Positions 1 through 10,364 of a DNA stretch of 64,000 nucleotides are shown here, one piece after another. How positions within the stretch are numbered: the first letter of the stretch is position 1; each line of letters opens with the position of its first letter. The position numbers were made by a program, and so were the translations under genes. The notes under the pieces were generated by a model. The model saw only the letters and a list, made by a program, of their open reading frames with translations, was not told the origin of the DNA and did not search any database. The DNA is from a bacterium. GTDB lineage: Bacteria; UBA8248. The stretch spans positions 2,441,142 to 2,505,141 of the forward strand of contig CBDBBI010000010.1 of the NCBI GenBank assembly GCA_965202625.1, written 5' to 3'.

Positions 1-66
1 GAAGACCGTCCACGAGCTGATTCCGCATCTTCCGGACGGCTAGACGTATAGGATCGAGGGGGCGAT

Positions 67-642
67 TTGGCGCAGATTCTCTATGAAGTCAAAGACAGGC
101 TGGCCTACGGCACGCTGAACAGGCCGGAGAAAATGAACGCGATCAACCATGAGACGAGCGAGCGTATATTCTCGCTTTTTGCCAGGATGGAGCGCGACCC
201 CGAGGTATGGGAATGCTTAATCACGGGCGCGGGAGAGGTGTTCTCAAGCGGTCATGATCTCACGGACGAAATTCCCGAGGGCAGGGAGGTCAAGCCCGTC
301 TCCGACCTCTATCAGGTTGTCATGGAATTTTACAAGCCTTGGCTTCGCCCACTATCGCCTGTTCACCGGCGAGTTCATCGACGCGCAAGACGCCCTGCGG
401 ATTGGCCTGGCGAACGCGCCGCTGGCGGTGCGCGCCATCAAGAAGATCACCGCCAGCGCGACATGACGATGGAGGACGCCCTGGGCTTCGGAGACGTGAT
501 CCTCCAGCGTCTTTTGGAGATCGAGGATGCGGAGGAGAGGGCATACGGTCGTTCCATGAGAAAAGACCGCCTCGCTTCAAGGGAAAGTAAATCGTCCTTC
601 GTCCCATACTACCATCGGAGAGGATGCCGCGGTGAAGTTTGA
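67..642 (+). pseudogene. enoyl-CoA hydratase/isomerase (crotonase) gene remnant; N-term, middle and C-term segments lie in two frames (67-~350 frame 1, 254-466 frame 2, back to frame 1) and total ~190 aa vs ~260 expected
   Basis: Frame-1 translation starts with a crotonase N-terminus (LNRPEKMNAIN...ITGAGEVFSSGHDL); frame 2 carries the FTGEFIDAQDALRIGLAN segment; frame 1 resumes with the MEDALxFG...EDAEE C-terminal segment. No single intact ORF. Confidence 0.5.
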
Positions 643-1792
643 TCTCACGGACTCTCAAAAACGAATTCAACGCAAAGCCCGCGAACTCGCCGTGCGCCGA
701 ATCGCGCCCAAGGCGGTGCTTTGGGATCGCACCGAAGAATACCCTTGGGAGAACGCCCGACTCCTGGCGGATGCGGGTTTCATGGGCATGAACGTTCCCA
801 AGGAATTTGGCGGGCCTGAGCGGCCGTTGATAGAGGCCGTTCTGGTGGTCGAGGAGATGGCGAAGGTCTGCGGCATCACGGGGCGCATCGTCGTGGACAG
901 CAACATGGGCGTGGTGGGCGCCATCATTCAATACGGAACCGAGGCGCAGAAAAGAAAGTATTTGCCGATGGTGCTCGCAGGAGACAAGCCGGCCATCGCC
1001 ATCACTGAGCCCGAGGCGGGAAGCGCCGCCACCGACATGACGACGAAGGCTGTGTTGGATGGCGATGAATACGTATTGAACGGGAAGAAGAAATGGATCA
1101 CCGGCGCGGGCGTCTCTCGCATCAACCTCGTCTTTGCCCGCGTGGCGCACGGTGGGGAGGAGCAGGGCATCGGCGCGTTGATCGTGGAGTTGGGCGCAGA
1201 GGGCTTTCGGGTGGGGGAGCGCGCCTTCATGATGGGCTTGAGAGGAATCCCCGAGGGGGAGGAGATTTTTGAAAACTGCCGCGTGCCCCGCGAGAATTTG
1301 GTGACGGTCGGATTTGGGCGCTTGATGGCTGCCTACAACGCCCAGAGGGTGGGCGCCGGCACGGTAGCCTTGGGCATTGCCGAGGGCGCCTTCGCGCAAG
1401 CGGTGGAATACGCCAAGAAGCGCGAGCAGTTTGGCCGCCCGATCGCCGAGTTTCAGGGGTTGCAGTGGATTCTGGCGGACGCGCGCATTCAACTCGACGC
1501 CGCCCGTCTCTTGCTTCATCGCGCGGCGGTGCAAGAAGACCCCCAAACGGGGTTTCCTGATATGCGCCTGGCCGCCATCGCCAAGACATTCTCGGCGGAA
1601 GCGTCGATCAAGGTGACGAACGACGCGCTCCAGATTTTCGGGGCGGAGGGCTATTCGCGCGACTTGCCGATTGAGCGCATGGCGCGCGACGTGAGGATGT
1701 TCACCATCGGCGGCGGCACCACCCAGGCGCAGCGAAACGTGATCGCCTCAAGCATCTTCGGCAGAAAGTTCTCTCAGCGTCGGGAAGGGTGA
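632..1792 (+). CDS. acyl-CoA dehydrogenase
   Basis: 386-aa ORF with ACAD hallmarks (FMGMNVPKEFGG, AIAITEPEAGSA, QIFGAEGY, C-terminal ERMARDVRMFTIGGGTTQAQR). Confidence 0.85.
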   Translation: MKFDLTDSQKRIQRKARELAVRRIAPKAVLWDRTEEYPWENARLLADAGFMGMNVPKEFGGPERPLIEAVLVVEEMAKVCGITGRIVVDSNMGVVGAIIQYGTEAQKRKYLPMVLAGDKPAIAITEPEAGSAATDMTTKAVLDGDEYVLNGKKKWITGAGVSRINLVFARVAHGGEEQGIGALIVELGAEGFRVGERAFMMGLRGIPEGEEIFENCRVPRENLVTVGFGRLMAAYNAQRVGAGTVALGIAEGAFAQAVEYAKKREQFGRPIAEFQGLQWILADARIQLDAARLLLHRAAVQEDPQTGFPDMRLAAIAKTFSAEASIKVTNDALQIFGAEGYSRDLPIERMARDVRMFTIGGGTTQAQRNVIASSIFGRKFSQRREG

Positions 1793-2254
1793 GATAATCC
1801 TCGGCCCCGCCCCGCTGAAAGGTTCGCGCGTGAGGCCCGCAGCTCGGCGCTCAACTCCCCAAACGTGCTCTGGTACAACTCGTTGTGGCTCAACGGCTCG
1901 GGGTGGGTGGGGTATTTCGTCGTTCTCACGTCATGCACCAGGTGTGCGTAGGCGATCTGCGGCGTCAGGGCTTTCACCGCGTCCAGGATTATTTGTCGCA
2001 TTTCAGTTCTATCAGCGTTTCATACGACGGAATTGCCGCGGCAATGGAATTCATGGCGTCCCCTCCTGTGCGACAAAGGGGAATCGCGCCGCGAGAGGCG
2101 TCTTATCAGATAGCTCCTTGCGATTGACAGCGTTTCACGCGAGCAGATAACCTCCGAGCGAGTTTCGGAGGTTTTTAATGCTTTAACCGTTGCGATATTT
2201 CGCGCACCAGCCGCAGTGCGGGCTTGATTTCATCAAGCGCGCTTTTGGGGGGGG

Positions 2255-3262
2255 TTGCCGATGGCACTCCGCGTACTTCTCTCCACCATCCCGTTCGGGG
2301 AGATTGACCCGAAGCCCGTCCATATGCTCGAGAGCGCGGGCGTCGACTATGTGCGCAACCCCTTGGGCAGGCGGCCGAACGAGGCCGAGTTCGCCGAGAT
2401 GATTCGCGACGGCTTTGACGCCGTCATCGCGGGTCTGGAGCCGTTCACGCCCAAAGTGCTGGATTTGGCGGCGGGGCTTCGGCTGATTTCACGCGCCACC
2501 GTCGGGCTGGAAACGGTGGATTTGAACGCGGCACGCGACAGAGATATACGCGTTGCGCACACCCCTGGAGCCAACGCCCAGGCGGTGGCGGAACTGACGC
2601 TGAGCCATCTGCTCTCGCTTTTGCGAGGCGTCCACCATTCGCACAATGCGTTGACGCGCGGCGAGTGGGTCCAGTTCATGGGTCGCACGCTCGATGAGAT
2701 CACCTTGGGCGTCGTTGGCGTGGGACGAATCGGCAAGCGGGTGATACGCCACGCCTCCGCGTTCGGGGCGAAAATCATCGCGAACGATCTGACGCCCGAT
2801 GTGGAATTCGGCGAGCGTTACAGCGTGACGTGGGTGGAGAAAGAGGAAATCTATCGGCGCGCCGACGCCGTCTCCCTGCACGTTCCCGCTACGCCGATGA
2901 CGGTCGGCCTGGTGGGAGAGGGTGAATTGGCGATGATGAAAAGGGGCGCTTTCCTCATCAACACGGCGCGCGGCGTCGTCGTGGACGAAGTCGCGCTGGT
3001 GCGCGCGTTGCGCTCGGGGCACCTGGGAGGCGCCGGAATCGACGTTTTTCCGGAAGAACCCTACCGAGGAGTTCTCGCGCAGGCGCCCAACTGCATTCTC
3101 ACCGCGCACCTAGGAGCGCGTGCGCGTTCTGCTCGCCTGCAAATGGAACTGGACGCGACGGAGAACGTCTTGTGTTTTTTGGAGAGCCGGCCGATTCCAG
3201 GGCTTGTGCCGGATGAGGAATACGAGATGCAGCGCGTAGTCATGGCCGAGGCGAAGCGATGA
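2255..3262 (+). CDS. D-isomer-specific 2-hydroxyacid dehydrogenase (phosphoglycerate dehydrogenase-like), NAD-binding
   Basis: 335 aa; GVVGVGRIGKRV Rossmann motif and catalytic-domain arrangement typical of the D-2-hydroxyacid dehydrogenase family. Confidence 0.8.
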   Translation: MPMALRVLLSTIPFGEIDPKPVHMLESAGVDYVRNPLGRRPNEAEFAEMIRDGFDAVIAGLEPFTPKVLDLAAGLRLISRATVGLETVDLNAARDRDIRVAHTPGANAQAVAELTLSHLLSLLRGVHHSHNALTRGEWVQFMGRTLDEITLGVVGVGRIGKRVIRHASAFGAKIIANDLTPDVEFGERYSVTWVEKEEIYRRADAVSLHVPATPMTVGLVGEGELAMMKRGAFLINTARGVVVDEVALVRALRSGHLGGAGIDVFPEEPYRGVLAQAPNCILTAHLGARARSARLQMELDATENVLCFLESRPIPGLVPDEEYEMQRVVMAEAKR

Positions 3263-3286
3263 GTATGTGGGGGCTTCTCCTCACCC

Positions 3287-4063
3287 ATGGGATTTTCTGT
3301 GCCTAGGACGCCCGACTATTTTGTGGGCAAAACTATCGTCATCACCGGCGCGGCCAGCGGTATTGGCAAGGAGACCGCCCTCATATTCGGGCGCGAGGGG
3401 GCGAACGTCCTCTGTGCGGACATGAACGAGGCGGGCGCGGCCGATGCGGCCGAGGGGGTTTCCAAAAAAGGGGGCCGGGGCGTTCATATGCGAGTGGACG
3501 TCACCTCGCGCGAGCAGGTGTTCGCCATGGTACGGCGCGCCAAGGAGCGATTCGGCCGGGTGGATTTCGCGTTGAATTCCGCCGGCGCCGCCTTTCGGTC
3601 TTCCGATTTTTTGGGCATTGATGAGGAACTTTTGCAACGAACGTTCGACCTCAACGTCAAGGGCGTTTTCTACAGCATGCAGGCCGTTCTTCCCGAGATG
3701 TTGGAAAACGGCAAGGGCGTCATCGTCAACATGGGCAGCATGGCCCATCGAGGGGGGGGGGGGGGGCGCGCGGTTCACTACGCGGCGACCAAGGGTGCCG
3801 TGGTGACGATGAGCATGGGCGTGGGTCGCGAATACGCCGACAGGGGCATCCGGTGCATGTCCATATCACCGGGGGCCATCGAAACGCCGTTTTATGACGT
3901 TTCCCCTTCTCCGCCCAAGGAGTATTTGATGGATCGGATACCGATGGGCCGCTACGGCAGGCCGGAGGAGATTGGCGAGCTGGTGTTGTTCATCTGCTCC
4001 GACGCGTGTGAGTTCATGACGGCGGACTCGATATTGGTGAACGGCGGTGCGGGATGGAAGTAG
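3287..4063 (+). CDS. SDR-family short-chain dehydrogenase/reductase
   Basis: TGAASGIGKE cofactor motif, NSAG, and an S...YxxxK active-site region (NMGS...HYAATKGAV). Contains a 15-G homopolymer (3752-3766) encoding GGGGG. Confidence 0.85.
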   Translation: MGFSVPRTPDYFVGKTIVITGAASGIGKETALIFGREGANVLCADMNEAGAADAAEGVSKKGGRGVHMRVDVTSREQVFAMVRRAKERFGRVDFALNSAGAAFRSSDFLGIDEELLQRTFDLNVKGVFYSMQAVLPEMLENGKGVIVNMGSMAHRGGGGGRAVHYAATKGAVVTMSMGVGREYADRGIRCMSISPGAIETPFYDVSPSPPKEYLMDRIPMGRYGRPEEIGELVLFICSDACEFMTADSILVNGGAGWK

Positions 4064-4064
4064 C

Positions 4065-4289
4065 CTACTTTCTGGAGAAAAGGTTCATCAGTATTGTCAA
4101 GACGACGCTGATGACGATGCAGGTTACCACCGGAAAATAAAGACTCCAGTTTTTTCCGCGCAGATGAATGTCGCCGGGCAGCTTCCCGAGAAATGGAATC
4201 TTGGGCGCCACGAGAAACACGACGCCGACCGCCGCCAGGATCGCGCCGAGCAGTATGAGCGTTTTCCCTAAGCCGCTGAGGTGCTCCAT
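4065..4289 (-). CDS. DUF2905-family small membrane protein
   Basis: 74-aa hydrophobic protein immediately downstream of ruvB on the same strand, an arrangement common in many bacteria. Confidence 0.55.
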   Translation of the reverse strand: MEHLSGLGKTLILLGAILAAVGVVFLVAPKIPFLGKLPGDIHLRGKNWSLYFPVVTCIVISVVLTILMNLFSRK

Positions 4290-4333
4290 CTGAGAGGATC
4301 TCTCCCTATACGGGTTTAATCGGTTTCATCACG

Positions 4334-5371
4334 TTACGTGCCGCCGTCCCAGAGATCCTGCTGGGTGCCTTTTGGGGGCGCGATTCCAAGGTGCGCATAG
4401 GCGGCCGGTGCCGCGCGTCTCCCCCCCCGCGTGCGCTGCACGAAGCCCGTGCGCAACAGGAAGGGCTCCACCATGTCCGCCAGCGTCTCGGATTCCTCGT
4501 TCATGCTGGCGGCGATGGCCTCCACGCCCACAGGGCCGCCGCCGTATTGCTCCACGATCGTTCTGAGGTATTTCCTGTCCAATGCGTCGAGACCGGTTTC
4601 GTCCACCCCCTCCATGGCGAGCGCCTCGCGCGTGGTGGAGAGGCCGATGGCACCATCGCCTCGCGCCTGGCTGAAATCGCGCGTCCAGAGCAGGAGCCTG
4701 TTCGCTGTTCGCGGAGTGCCCCGGCTTCTGCGGGCGAGTTCGCGCGCCGCCCCTTTTTCTATCGGCGCGTCCAGGCGCGCCGCGCTTCGTAACAAAATAT
4801 GCTCCAGCTCTTGCTCAGAGTAGAAATCTACGTGATAGACCAGATAGAAGCGTTCTCTGAGGGCGGCGGTCAGGGAGCCGGGGCGCGTCGTGGCGCCCAC
4901 CGTCGTGAACGTTTTTAGGGGAAAATTGATGGTGCGCGCCATGGGGCCCTGATCCACTACGAAGTCCACGCGATAGTCCTCCATGGCGGGATAGAGGAAT
5001 TCTTCCACCGCGCTGGGCATTCGGTGAATCTCGTCGATGAACAAAACGTCGCCCTGCTGGAGCCCCGTGAGGATGCCCATCAAGTCGGCCGGTCTGGATA
5101 GGGAGGGGCCGGAGGTTTTCACGAGGCGGGCGCCCATCTCCTCGGAGATGATGTGGGAGAGCGTAGTTTTTCCGAGACCGGGAGGTCCATGGAACAGGAT
5201 GTGGCCTACGGGTTCGTCTCTTATTCGTGAGGCTTCGAGCGCGATTCGGAGCTTGGCCACGAGGCCGGTCTGACCCACGTATTCCTCAAGTCTCCTCGGC
5301 CGAAGCGACGTGAACGTTTTCTCCTCCTCTGGGCTTGCCGCCCTTGCGCTCACGCGCCGCTGAATGACCAT
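4334..5371 (-). CDS. ruvB: Holliday junction branch-migration helicase RuvB
   Basis: LEEYVGQ..., Walker A GPPGLGKTTL, sensor motifs, RuvB C-terminal winged helix; sits in ruvC-ruvA-ruvB order. Confidence 0.95.
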   Translation of the reverse strand: MVIQRRVSARAASPEEEKTFTSLRPRRLEEYVGQTGLVAKLRIALEASRIRDEPVGHILFHGPPGLGKTTLSHIISEEMGARLVKTSGPSLSRPADLMGILTGLQQGDVLFIDEIHRMPSAVEEFLYPAMEDYRVDFVVDQGPMARTINFPLKTFTTVGATTRPGSLTAALRERFYLVYHVDFYSEQELEHILLRSAARLDAPIEKGAARELARRSRGTPRTANRLLLWTRDFSQARGDGAIGLSTTREALAMEGVDETGLDALDRKYLRTIVEQYGGGPVGVEAIAASMNEESETLADMVEPFLLRTGFVQRTRGGRRAAPAAYAHLGIAPPKGTQQDLWDGGT

Positions 5372-5390
5372 TTTGTCTCCCGCCTCCTTG

Positions 5391-6026
5391 CTATTTGCTC
5401 AGGCGAAATACTTCCTGCAGGATGGCCTCGGCCTCCGCGTCCGTCCCCAGCGTCGCGAGCGCGCGCTCCATGAGATTCTCCGCCTCGGGCGTTCGGTATC
5501 CCAACTGTCCGACCAAAACGGCCATGACGTCCGCGTGAAGGGGCGCTGCCTCGTGACGCTCGACCAGGGGAAGCGCGGGCTCCCGCGCCAGTTGAAGCGC
5601 CGCGATTTCTTCTCTGAGTTTCGAGATCACCTGATCTGCTTTTTTCTTTCCGATGCCCGGCAACTTTGTGAGCAGCGCGGTGTTTGCCGCCACGATGGCC
5701 TCGGCGATTTGAAGAGGAGGGAGGCTCATCGCTCGGACCGCGCTTTTGGGACTGATGCCGGGCACCTTGATGAAGCACAGGAAAAACGCCCTCTCCTCCG
5801 CTGACAGGAAGCCCACCAGTCGAGGCAAAAGCTGACCTGTGGCCACGTTTCCTTCCAGGTAATGATGGGTGTGGAGCTCTGCAGCCTCGCGCGCGTCCAT
5901 GAGCGCCTGCAGCTCGTGAACCGCGTATCCGCCCACCTGCATTTCGTAAGAGATGCCGGACGGTGTTTTCAGAATGACGCTTTCGCCCTGAACGTTGAGG
6001 ATCTCTCCTGAGATTTGGCGAATCAT
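5391..6026 (-). CDS. ruvA: Holliday junction DNA-binding protein RuvA
   Basis: 211 aa; MIRQISGEI...VGGYAV N-terminus and HhH domains (LTKLPGIGKKKADQV) typical of RuvA. Confidence 0.9.
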   Translation of the reverse strand: MIRQISGEILNVQGESVILKTPSGISYEMQVGGYAVHELQALMDAREAAELHTHHYLEGNVATGQLLPRLVGFLSAEERAFFLCFIKVPGISPKSAVRAMSLPPLQIAEAIVAANTALLTKLPGIGKKKADQVISKLREEIAALQLAREPALPLVERHEAAPLHADVMAVLVGQLGYRTPEAENLMERALATLGTDAEAEAILQEVFRLSK

Positions 6027-6562
6027 GCGCTTCTCCCGACGGACTGTGTGCTTCTGAAGTGGTTTCGCTCGACGTGGCAGTATGCTGCTGCGATGGCGTC
6101 GGCCAAATCCGCAGGCTCAGGGGGATCGGCGAGTCCCATTCGGCGCTGGGTCATCTGCTGAACCTGTTTCTTTGTGGCGTGTCCGGTACCAACGAGCGAT
6201 TTTTTGATTTCTGTGGCTGCATAGCTGGCCACCGTAACGTTGGCTTCCGAGGCGGCGAGCAAGATAACCCCCCGCGCGTGTCCCATGATGATGGAAGTGC
6301 GCGGGTGGTTGTAGTGGCTGTAAAGGTTTTCCACCGCCATGACGTTGGGTTTGTGCGTCTCGATGATGCGCGAAAGATCCTTGTGCAGTTCATGCAGGCG
6401 CGTCTCGATGGGTGCCCTTGAGTTGTTCTTGAGCACGCCGCCCTCAATGAGACACGGCTCTTGATTGATTGCGTCCAGGTCCAACGTCAAAAGAGCGTAA
6501 CCCGTGACGCCCAGGCCGGGGTCGACGCCCAGAACGCGAAACGTGTTTTCAGGTTGCGGCAA
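6023..6562 (-). CDS. ruvC: crossover junction endodeoxyribonuclease RuvC
   Basis: RVLGVDPGLGVTGYALL N-terminal catalytic motif; 4-nt overlap with ruvA start. Confidence 0.9.
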   Translation of the reverse strand: MPQPENTFRVLGVDPGLGVTGYALLTLDLDAINQEPCLIEGGVLKNNSRAPIETRLHELHKDLSRIIETHKPNVMAVENLYSHYNHPRTSIIMGHARGVILLAASEANVTVASYAATEIKKSLVGTGHATKKQVQQMTQRRMGLADPPEPADLADAIAAAYCHVERNHFRSTQSVGRSA

Positions 6563-6587
6563 AGAATCACCCCACGGGCGGTGGTGT

Positions 6588-7343
6588 TCAGGTTGACGCG
6601 GACACTTGCGCCATCTGCTCCTCGGAGATGTCGAAATTGGCGTAGATGTTCTGAACGTCGTCGTTGTCCTCGAGTGCCTCCATCAAACGAAGCATTTGCT
6701 CCGCCTCCCTTCCCGTAAGATGCACCGTTGATTTGGGCAGCATGGTGAGCTCGGCGGATTCCACCTGAACGTCGCGCTCCTCCAGTGCCTCGCGCACGGA
6801 TTCAAACGCGTCCGGCGAGGTATGGATTTCGAACGACTCATCGGCGGGTTCCAGATCGTACGCCCCCGCTTCCAGTGCCAGTTCGATGAGCGATTCCTCA
6901 TCAACGCCTTCCTGGGAAATCAGGAAAAGTCCTTTTTTTTCAAAGTTCCACGCCACGGCGTTCGGTTCCGCCATGGCACCGTTGTTTTTCGTCAAAATAT
7001 GGCGGACTTCCGCGCCCGTTCGGTTGCGATTGTCCGTCAGCACCGATATGAGGATGCCCACGCCATTGGGGCCGTAGCCCTCGTAGACGCCTTCTTCATA
7101 ATTCACGCCCTCCAGATCGCCCGTGCCCTTGGCGATGGCGCGCGTGATATTCTCCTGGGGCATATTGGCCCCTTTCGCCGTCTGAATGGCTGTTCTCAAG
7201 CGGGGGTTTCCATCCGGATCTCCACCTCCCTGCTTGGCGGCGATGGTGATTTCCTTGATGAGTTTTGTGAATATCTTGCCGCGTTTGGCGTCGAGCGCGC
7301 CTTTTTTTCGCTTTATCGTGCTCCACTTGGAATGACCGGACAT
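6588..7343 (-). CDS. YebC/PmpR-family DNA-binding transcriptional regulator
   Basis: [29 protein letters not shown]-terminus is diagnostic of the YebC family; conserved upstream neighbour of ruvC. Confidence 0.9.
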   Translation of the reverse strand: MSGHSKWSTIKRKKGALDAKRGKIFTKLIKEITIAAKQGGGDPDGNPRLRTAIQTAKGANMPQENITRAIAKGTGDLEGVNYEEGVYEGYGPNGVGILISVLTDNRNRTGAEVRHILTKNNGAMAEPNAVAWNFEKKGLFLISQEGVDEESLIELALEAGAYDLEPADESFEIHTSPDAFESVREALEERDVQVESAELTMLPKSTVHLTGREAEQMLRLMEALEDNDDVQNIYANFDISEEQMAQVSAST

Positions 7344-7593
7344 GATGCGGCCCTCCTGTGACTCTCATGCGGCCGCGCGAATCTTCGGTCCCGCTGAGGG
7401 TGTTCGTTTTTAATGCAAATTCTCACTATATTTTCTAGCATGGGGGCTCATGGGAGTAAAGACGTGAATGGGCCGCAGGGGAGCCAGGCGCCCACAAAAC
7501 GCTTGATGGACACTCTCGTGATGAAGTGATATCTTCTCGCCAAACGTATCCGGAGGAGGATGAGCGCTGCGGTCTGAAAGAACGGTATTTTCG

Positions 7594-8556
7594 GTGAATC
7601 CCTTTGAGAGGGGCGTGCGTACCCTTCAGATTGAAGCGGAGGCGTTGTCCGGGCTTGTTGAACGCCTGGATGATGAATTCATCAAGGCGGTTGACGTCGT
7701 TCTCCAGTGTCGGGGGAGGGTCGCAGTTACCGGCATGGGGAAGAGTGGACTGATCGGGCAAAAAATTTCCGCCACCCTCGCGAGCACGGGGACGCTCTCC
7801 TATTTTCTTCATCCCGCCGAGGGCGTTCACGGCGATTTGGGCATGGTGACGAAGGACGACGTCGTCGTCGCGCTCTCCTACAGCGGCGAGACGGATGAGT
7901 TGGTGCGCATCCTGCCTGTTTTCGCCCGTCTGGGCGCTCCCCTGATCGCTATCACTGGAAGGGAGAATTCCACGCTGGGGCGAGAGGCGCGCGCCGTGTT
8001 GAACGTTTTTGTGAAAGAAGAGGCCTGCCCGATTCAGCTGGCGCCCACGGCGAGCAGCACCGCCGCCCTGGCCATGGGAGACGCGCTTGCGATGGCTGTT
8101 CTGGAGGCAAGGGGATTTCAGCCAGAGGATTTTGCCCGCCTTCACCCCGGAGGTTCTCTGGGAAAAAAACTGATTCGCGTCAAGAAGTTGATGGTCTCGG
8201 GAGATGACGTCCCGCAGGTGGACGAGGCGGTTTCGCTCGCTCGGCTCGTGCGTGAGATAAGTGCCAAAAAACTGGGGATGACGTGCGTGTTGGGTGCGGA
8301 CCGAGAACTGGTGGGCGTCATTACGGACGGGGATTTAAGACGCGCGCTGGAGAAAACCGAGGGATTGTCCGACATGACCGCCAAAGATTTGGTGACGCCC
8401 AACCCCAGGACGATCGATGGCGATGACATGGCGGCCGCGGCGATTCAGCTGATGGAAGCGAATGCCATCACGTCCTTGGTGGTCACCTATGGCGCGCGGA
8501 AGCGTTTGGCGGGCGTGGTGCATCTACACCATCTGTTGCGCGCTGGAGTCGTGTAG
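7594..8556 (+). CDS. KpsF/GutQ-family arabinose-5-phosphate isomerase (SIS + tandem CBS domains)
   Basis: SIS-domain motif VAVTGMGKSGLIGQKI followed by CBS pair at C-terminus; 320 aa. Confidence 0.85.
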   Translation: MNPFERGVRTLQIEAEALSGLVERLDDEFIKAVDVVLQCRGRVAVTGMGKSGLIGQKISATLASTGTLSYFLHPAEGVHGDLGMVTKDDVVVALSYSGETDELVRILPVFARLGAPLIAITGRENSTLGREARAVLNVFVKEEACPIQLAPTASSTAALAMGDALAMAVLEARGFQPEDFARLHPGGSLGKKLIRVKKLMVSGDDVPQVDEAVSLARLVREISAKKLGMTCVLGADRELVGVITDGDLRRALEKTEGLSDMTAKDLVTPNPRTIDGDDMAAAAIQLMEANAITSLVVTYGARKRLAGVVHLHHLLRAGVV

Positions 8557-8618
8557 CTCTCCCCCGTTCTCTGATTTACAAGGAAACTCTTCGCGTCTTT
8601 TGGGTGGCGCGCGGTGCC

Positions 8619-9362
8619 TCATTCCCATCCTGAGGGCCCAAAAACCAGAAGAGCGATCGCTCCCGCTATCATCAGACCCAGACCGCTCGCGTAGCCGAGA
8701 GCGGGAGAGATACGGCCACGAAGCAGCCTTCCCAGAAGAAATCCAGCGACGGCGGGCAGGATCGACACGGCGGAGCGCGCGGACTCGGCGGGCCCCAGTG
8801 CGCCGGCGCCGCTCAGCACGGCTACCTGAACGCTCGCGAACGCCAGCGCGCTGGTATACATCAGCCGCATCATTCGAGCGCGGCCCGCGCCCAGACTATC
8901 GAGATATATGACGCTCAATGCACCGCCGGAGAAGGAAAAACCGCTCAGGCCGCCCGCGAAGAACCCGGCGACGTAGGAGAAGAAAGTCTCATCGCGCATG
9001 TCGAGTTGTATTCGTTGACGCGAGACGCTGTAGACGGCGAACAACAAGACGATGACGCTCGCCGCCCATTTAAGGAAGGTGGGCGGACTCGATATGAGGA
9101 CCAACGCGCCTGCGCCAACCCCCACCGCGCCTGCGCCGAGAAAAGGCATGAGGCGCCGGAGCGACGTGGAGGGAACGCCGCCCCCCATCGCTCGAATCGC
9201 CATCAGAATGAGGTTCGGAAGCGAGAGGATGAGCACGGAATCCCGTACCCCGATGAGGGAGGCCAGCATCGGCGTGGCCGCCAGGCCGAAGTCGATTCCG
9301 GCGGCTCCCTCCAGAAGGGCAGCGGCGAATATGAGAAGCGCGATATCCCAGGATGGCCACAT
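8619..9362 (-). CDS. TauE/SafE-family sulfite/anion exporter membrane protein
   Basis: 247 aa, multi-pass, Gly-rich TM repeats with internal duplication typical of the TauE/SafE (DUF81) family. Confidence 0.65.
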   Translation of the reverse strand: MWPSWDIALLIFAAALLEGAAGIDFGLAATPMLASLIGVRDSVLILSLPNLILMAIRAMGGGVPSTSLRRLMPFLGAGAVGVGAGALVLISSPPTFLKWAASVIVLLFAVYSVSRQRIQLDMRDETFFSYVAGFFAGGLSGFSFSGGALSVIYLDSLGAGRARMMRLMYTSALAFASVQVAVLSGAGALGPAESARSAVSILPAVAGFLLGRLLRGRISPALGYASGLGLMIAGAIALLVFGPSGWE

Positions 9363-9380
9363 GGGTTCAGCGGCGTCCAG

Positions 9381-10364
9381 CTACAGGTTCAACAGGGCTT
9401 GAATGTTTTTGTGGGACACGTTCTCGTATTCTTCCTGGCTCAACCCGGATTTTTGAAGCGTCTCGACTATCTGGACGTCCGTCATGTCGTAGGGCAGGTC
9501 CGTGCCCAGCACAACTCGCTCGCCGCCCATGACGTCCACGAGGAAGCGGACGACGGGCGGGTGAAACACCAGCATGTCCAGATAGAAGTTCGACCTGAGA
9601 TATTCGAGGGGGGGGCGCGATATTTTTTTACACTCCGGCCGCACCTTCCAGCCGTGTGCGAAGCGACCGACGAGATAGGGCACAGTTCCTCCGCCGTGCA
9701 GGAATATGAATCGCAAGTCCGGCAACCTGTCGAATAAGCCGGAGAAAATGAGGCGGCCGATGCTGTTCGCGCTCTCCGTGGGGAATCCGACCAGGTTGAA
9801 CAAGTGGTAATCCTTCATCTGCTCCTTGCCCGCCGGGTTGGCCGGGTGAACGATGATCGGCACTTTCATCTCCGCGGCCGCTTCGTAGAGCGGATAAAAA
9901 CGCTCATCATCCAGATATCGGCCGTTCACGTTCGTGCCCAGAAAACCACCCTTCAATCCGAGTGCGTTGATGGCGCGCTCGAGCTCCTTCACCGAGAGGG
10001 AGACGTTTTGGGCGGGCAGGGCGGCCAGGGCGTGGAATTTATCCGGATGTTTTTCAACGATGCTGGCGTAGGCGTCGTTCGCCGCCTGGGAGAGTTCGTT
10101 GGCCAGGCCATCATCCGCCCAGTACACGCCCGGGTTTGATGAGAACGACAGGACGTTCATGTCCAGATTCATCTCGTCCATGGTTTTGAGCCGTAACTCC
10201 ACGCTGGTGAAAGGCTCCAGGGGCGGGTGCGTCATACCCTTGATGTCTAAGCGGCGCGCGCCTTTCTCGTCGGTGAAGAATCTGACGCCGTATCGTGGAC
10301 CCTCTTTCTCTATAATTTCCAAGTATTCATCGGGATATATGTGGCAATGGGCGTCAATGTGCAT
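9381..10364 (-). CDS. amidohydrolase-2 family metal-dependent hydrolase (ACMSD-like decarboxylase/hydratase)
   Basis: MHIDAHCHIYP metal-binding N-terminus, ...GTDLPYDM C-terminal motif; paralog of 53621..54616. Confidence 0.75.
   Translation of the reverse strand: MHIDAHCHIYPDEYLEIIEKEGPRYGVRFFTDEKGARRLDIKGMTHPPLEPFTSVELRLKTMDEMNLDMNVLSFSSNPGVYWADDGLANELSQAANDAYASIVEKHPDKFHALAALPAQNVSLSVKELERAINALGLKGGFLGTNVNGRYLDDERFYPLYEAAAEMKVPIIVHPANPAGKEQMKDYHLFNLVGFPTESANSIGRLIFSGLFDRLPDLRFIFLHGGGTVPYLVGRFAHGWKVRPECKKISRPPLEYLRSNFYLDMLVFHPPVVRFLVDVMGGERVVLGTDLPYDMTDVQIVETLQKSGLSQEEYENVSHKNIQALLNL

Noticed and set aside
320-1546. 408-aa minus-strand ORF
   Set aside because: Antisense of the acyl-CoA dehydrogenase gene.
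1774-2150. Small ORFs in the ACAD-dehydrogenase intergenic region (1774..2001-, 1885..2127+)
   Set aside because: Mutually overlapping, no motifs or start context; could hide a small gene but not supportable.
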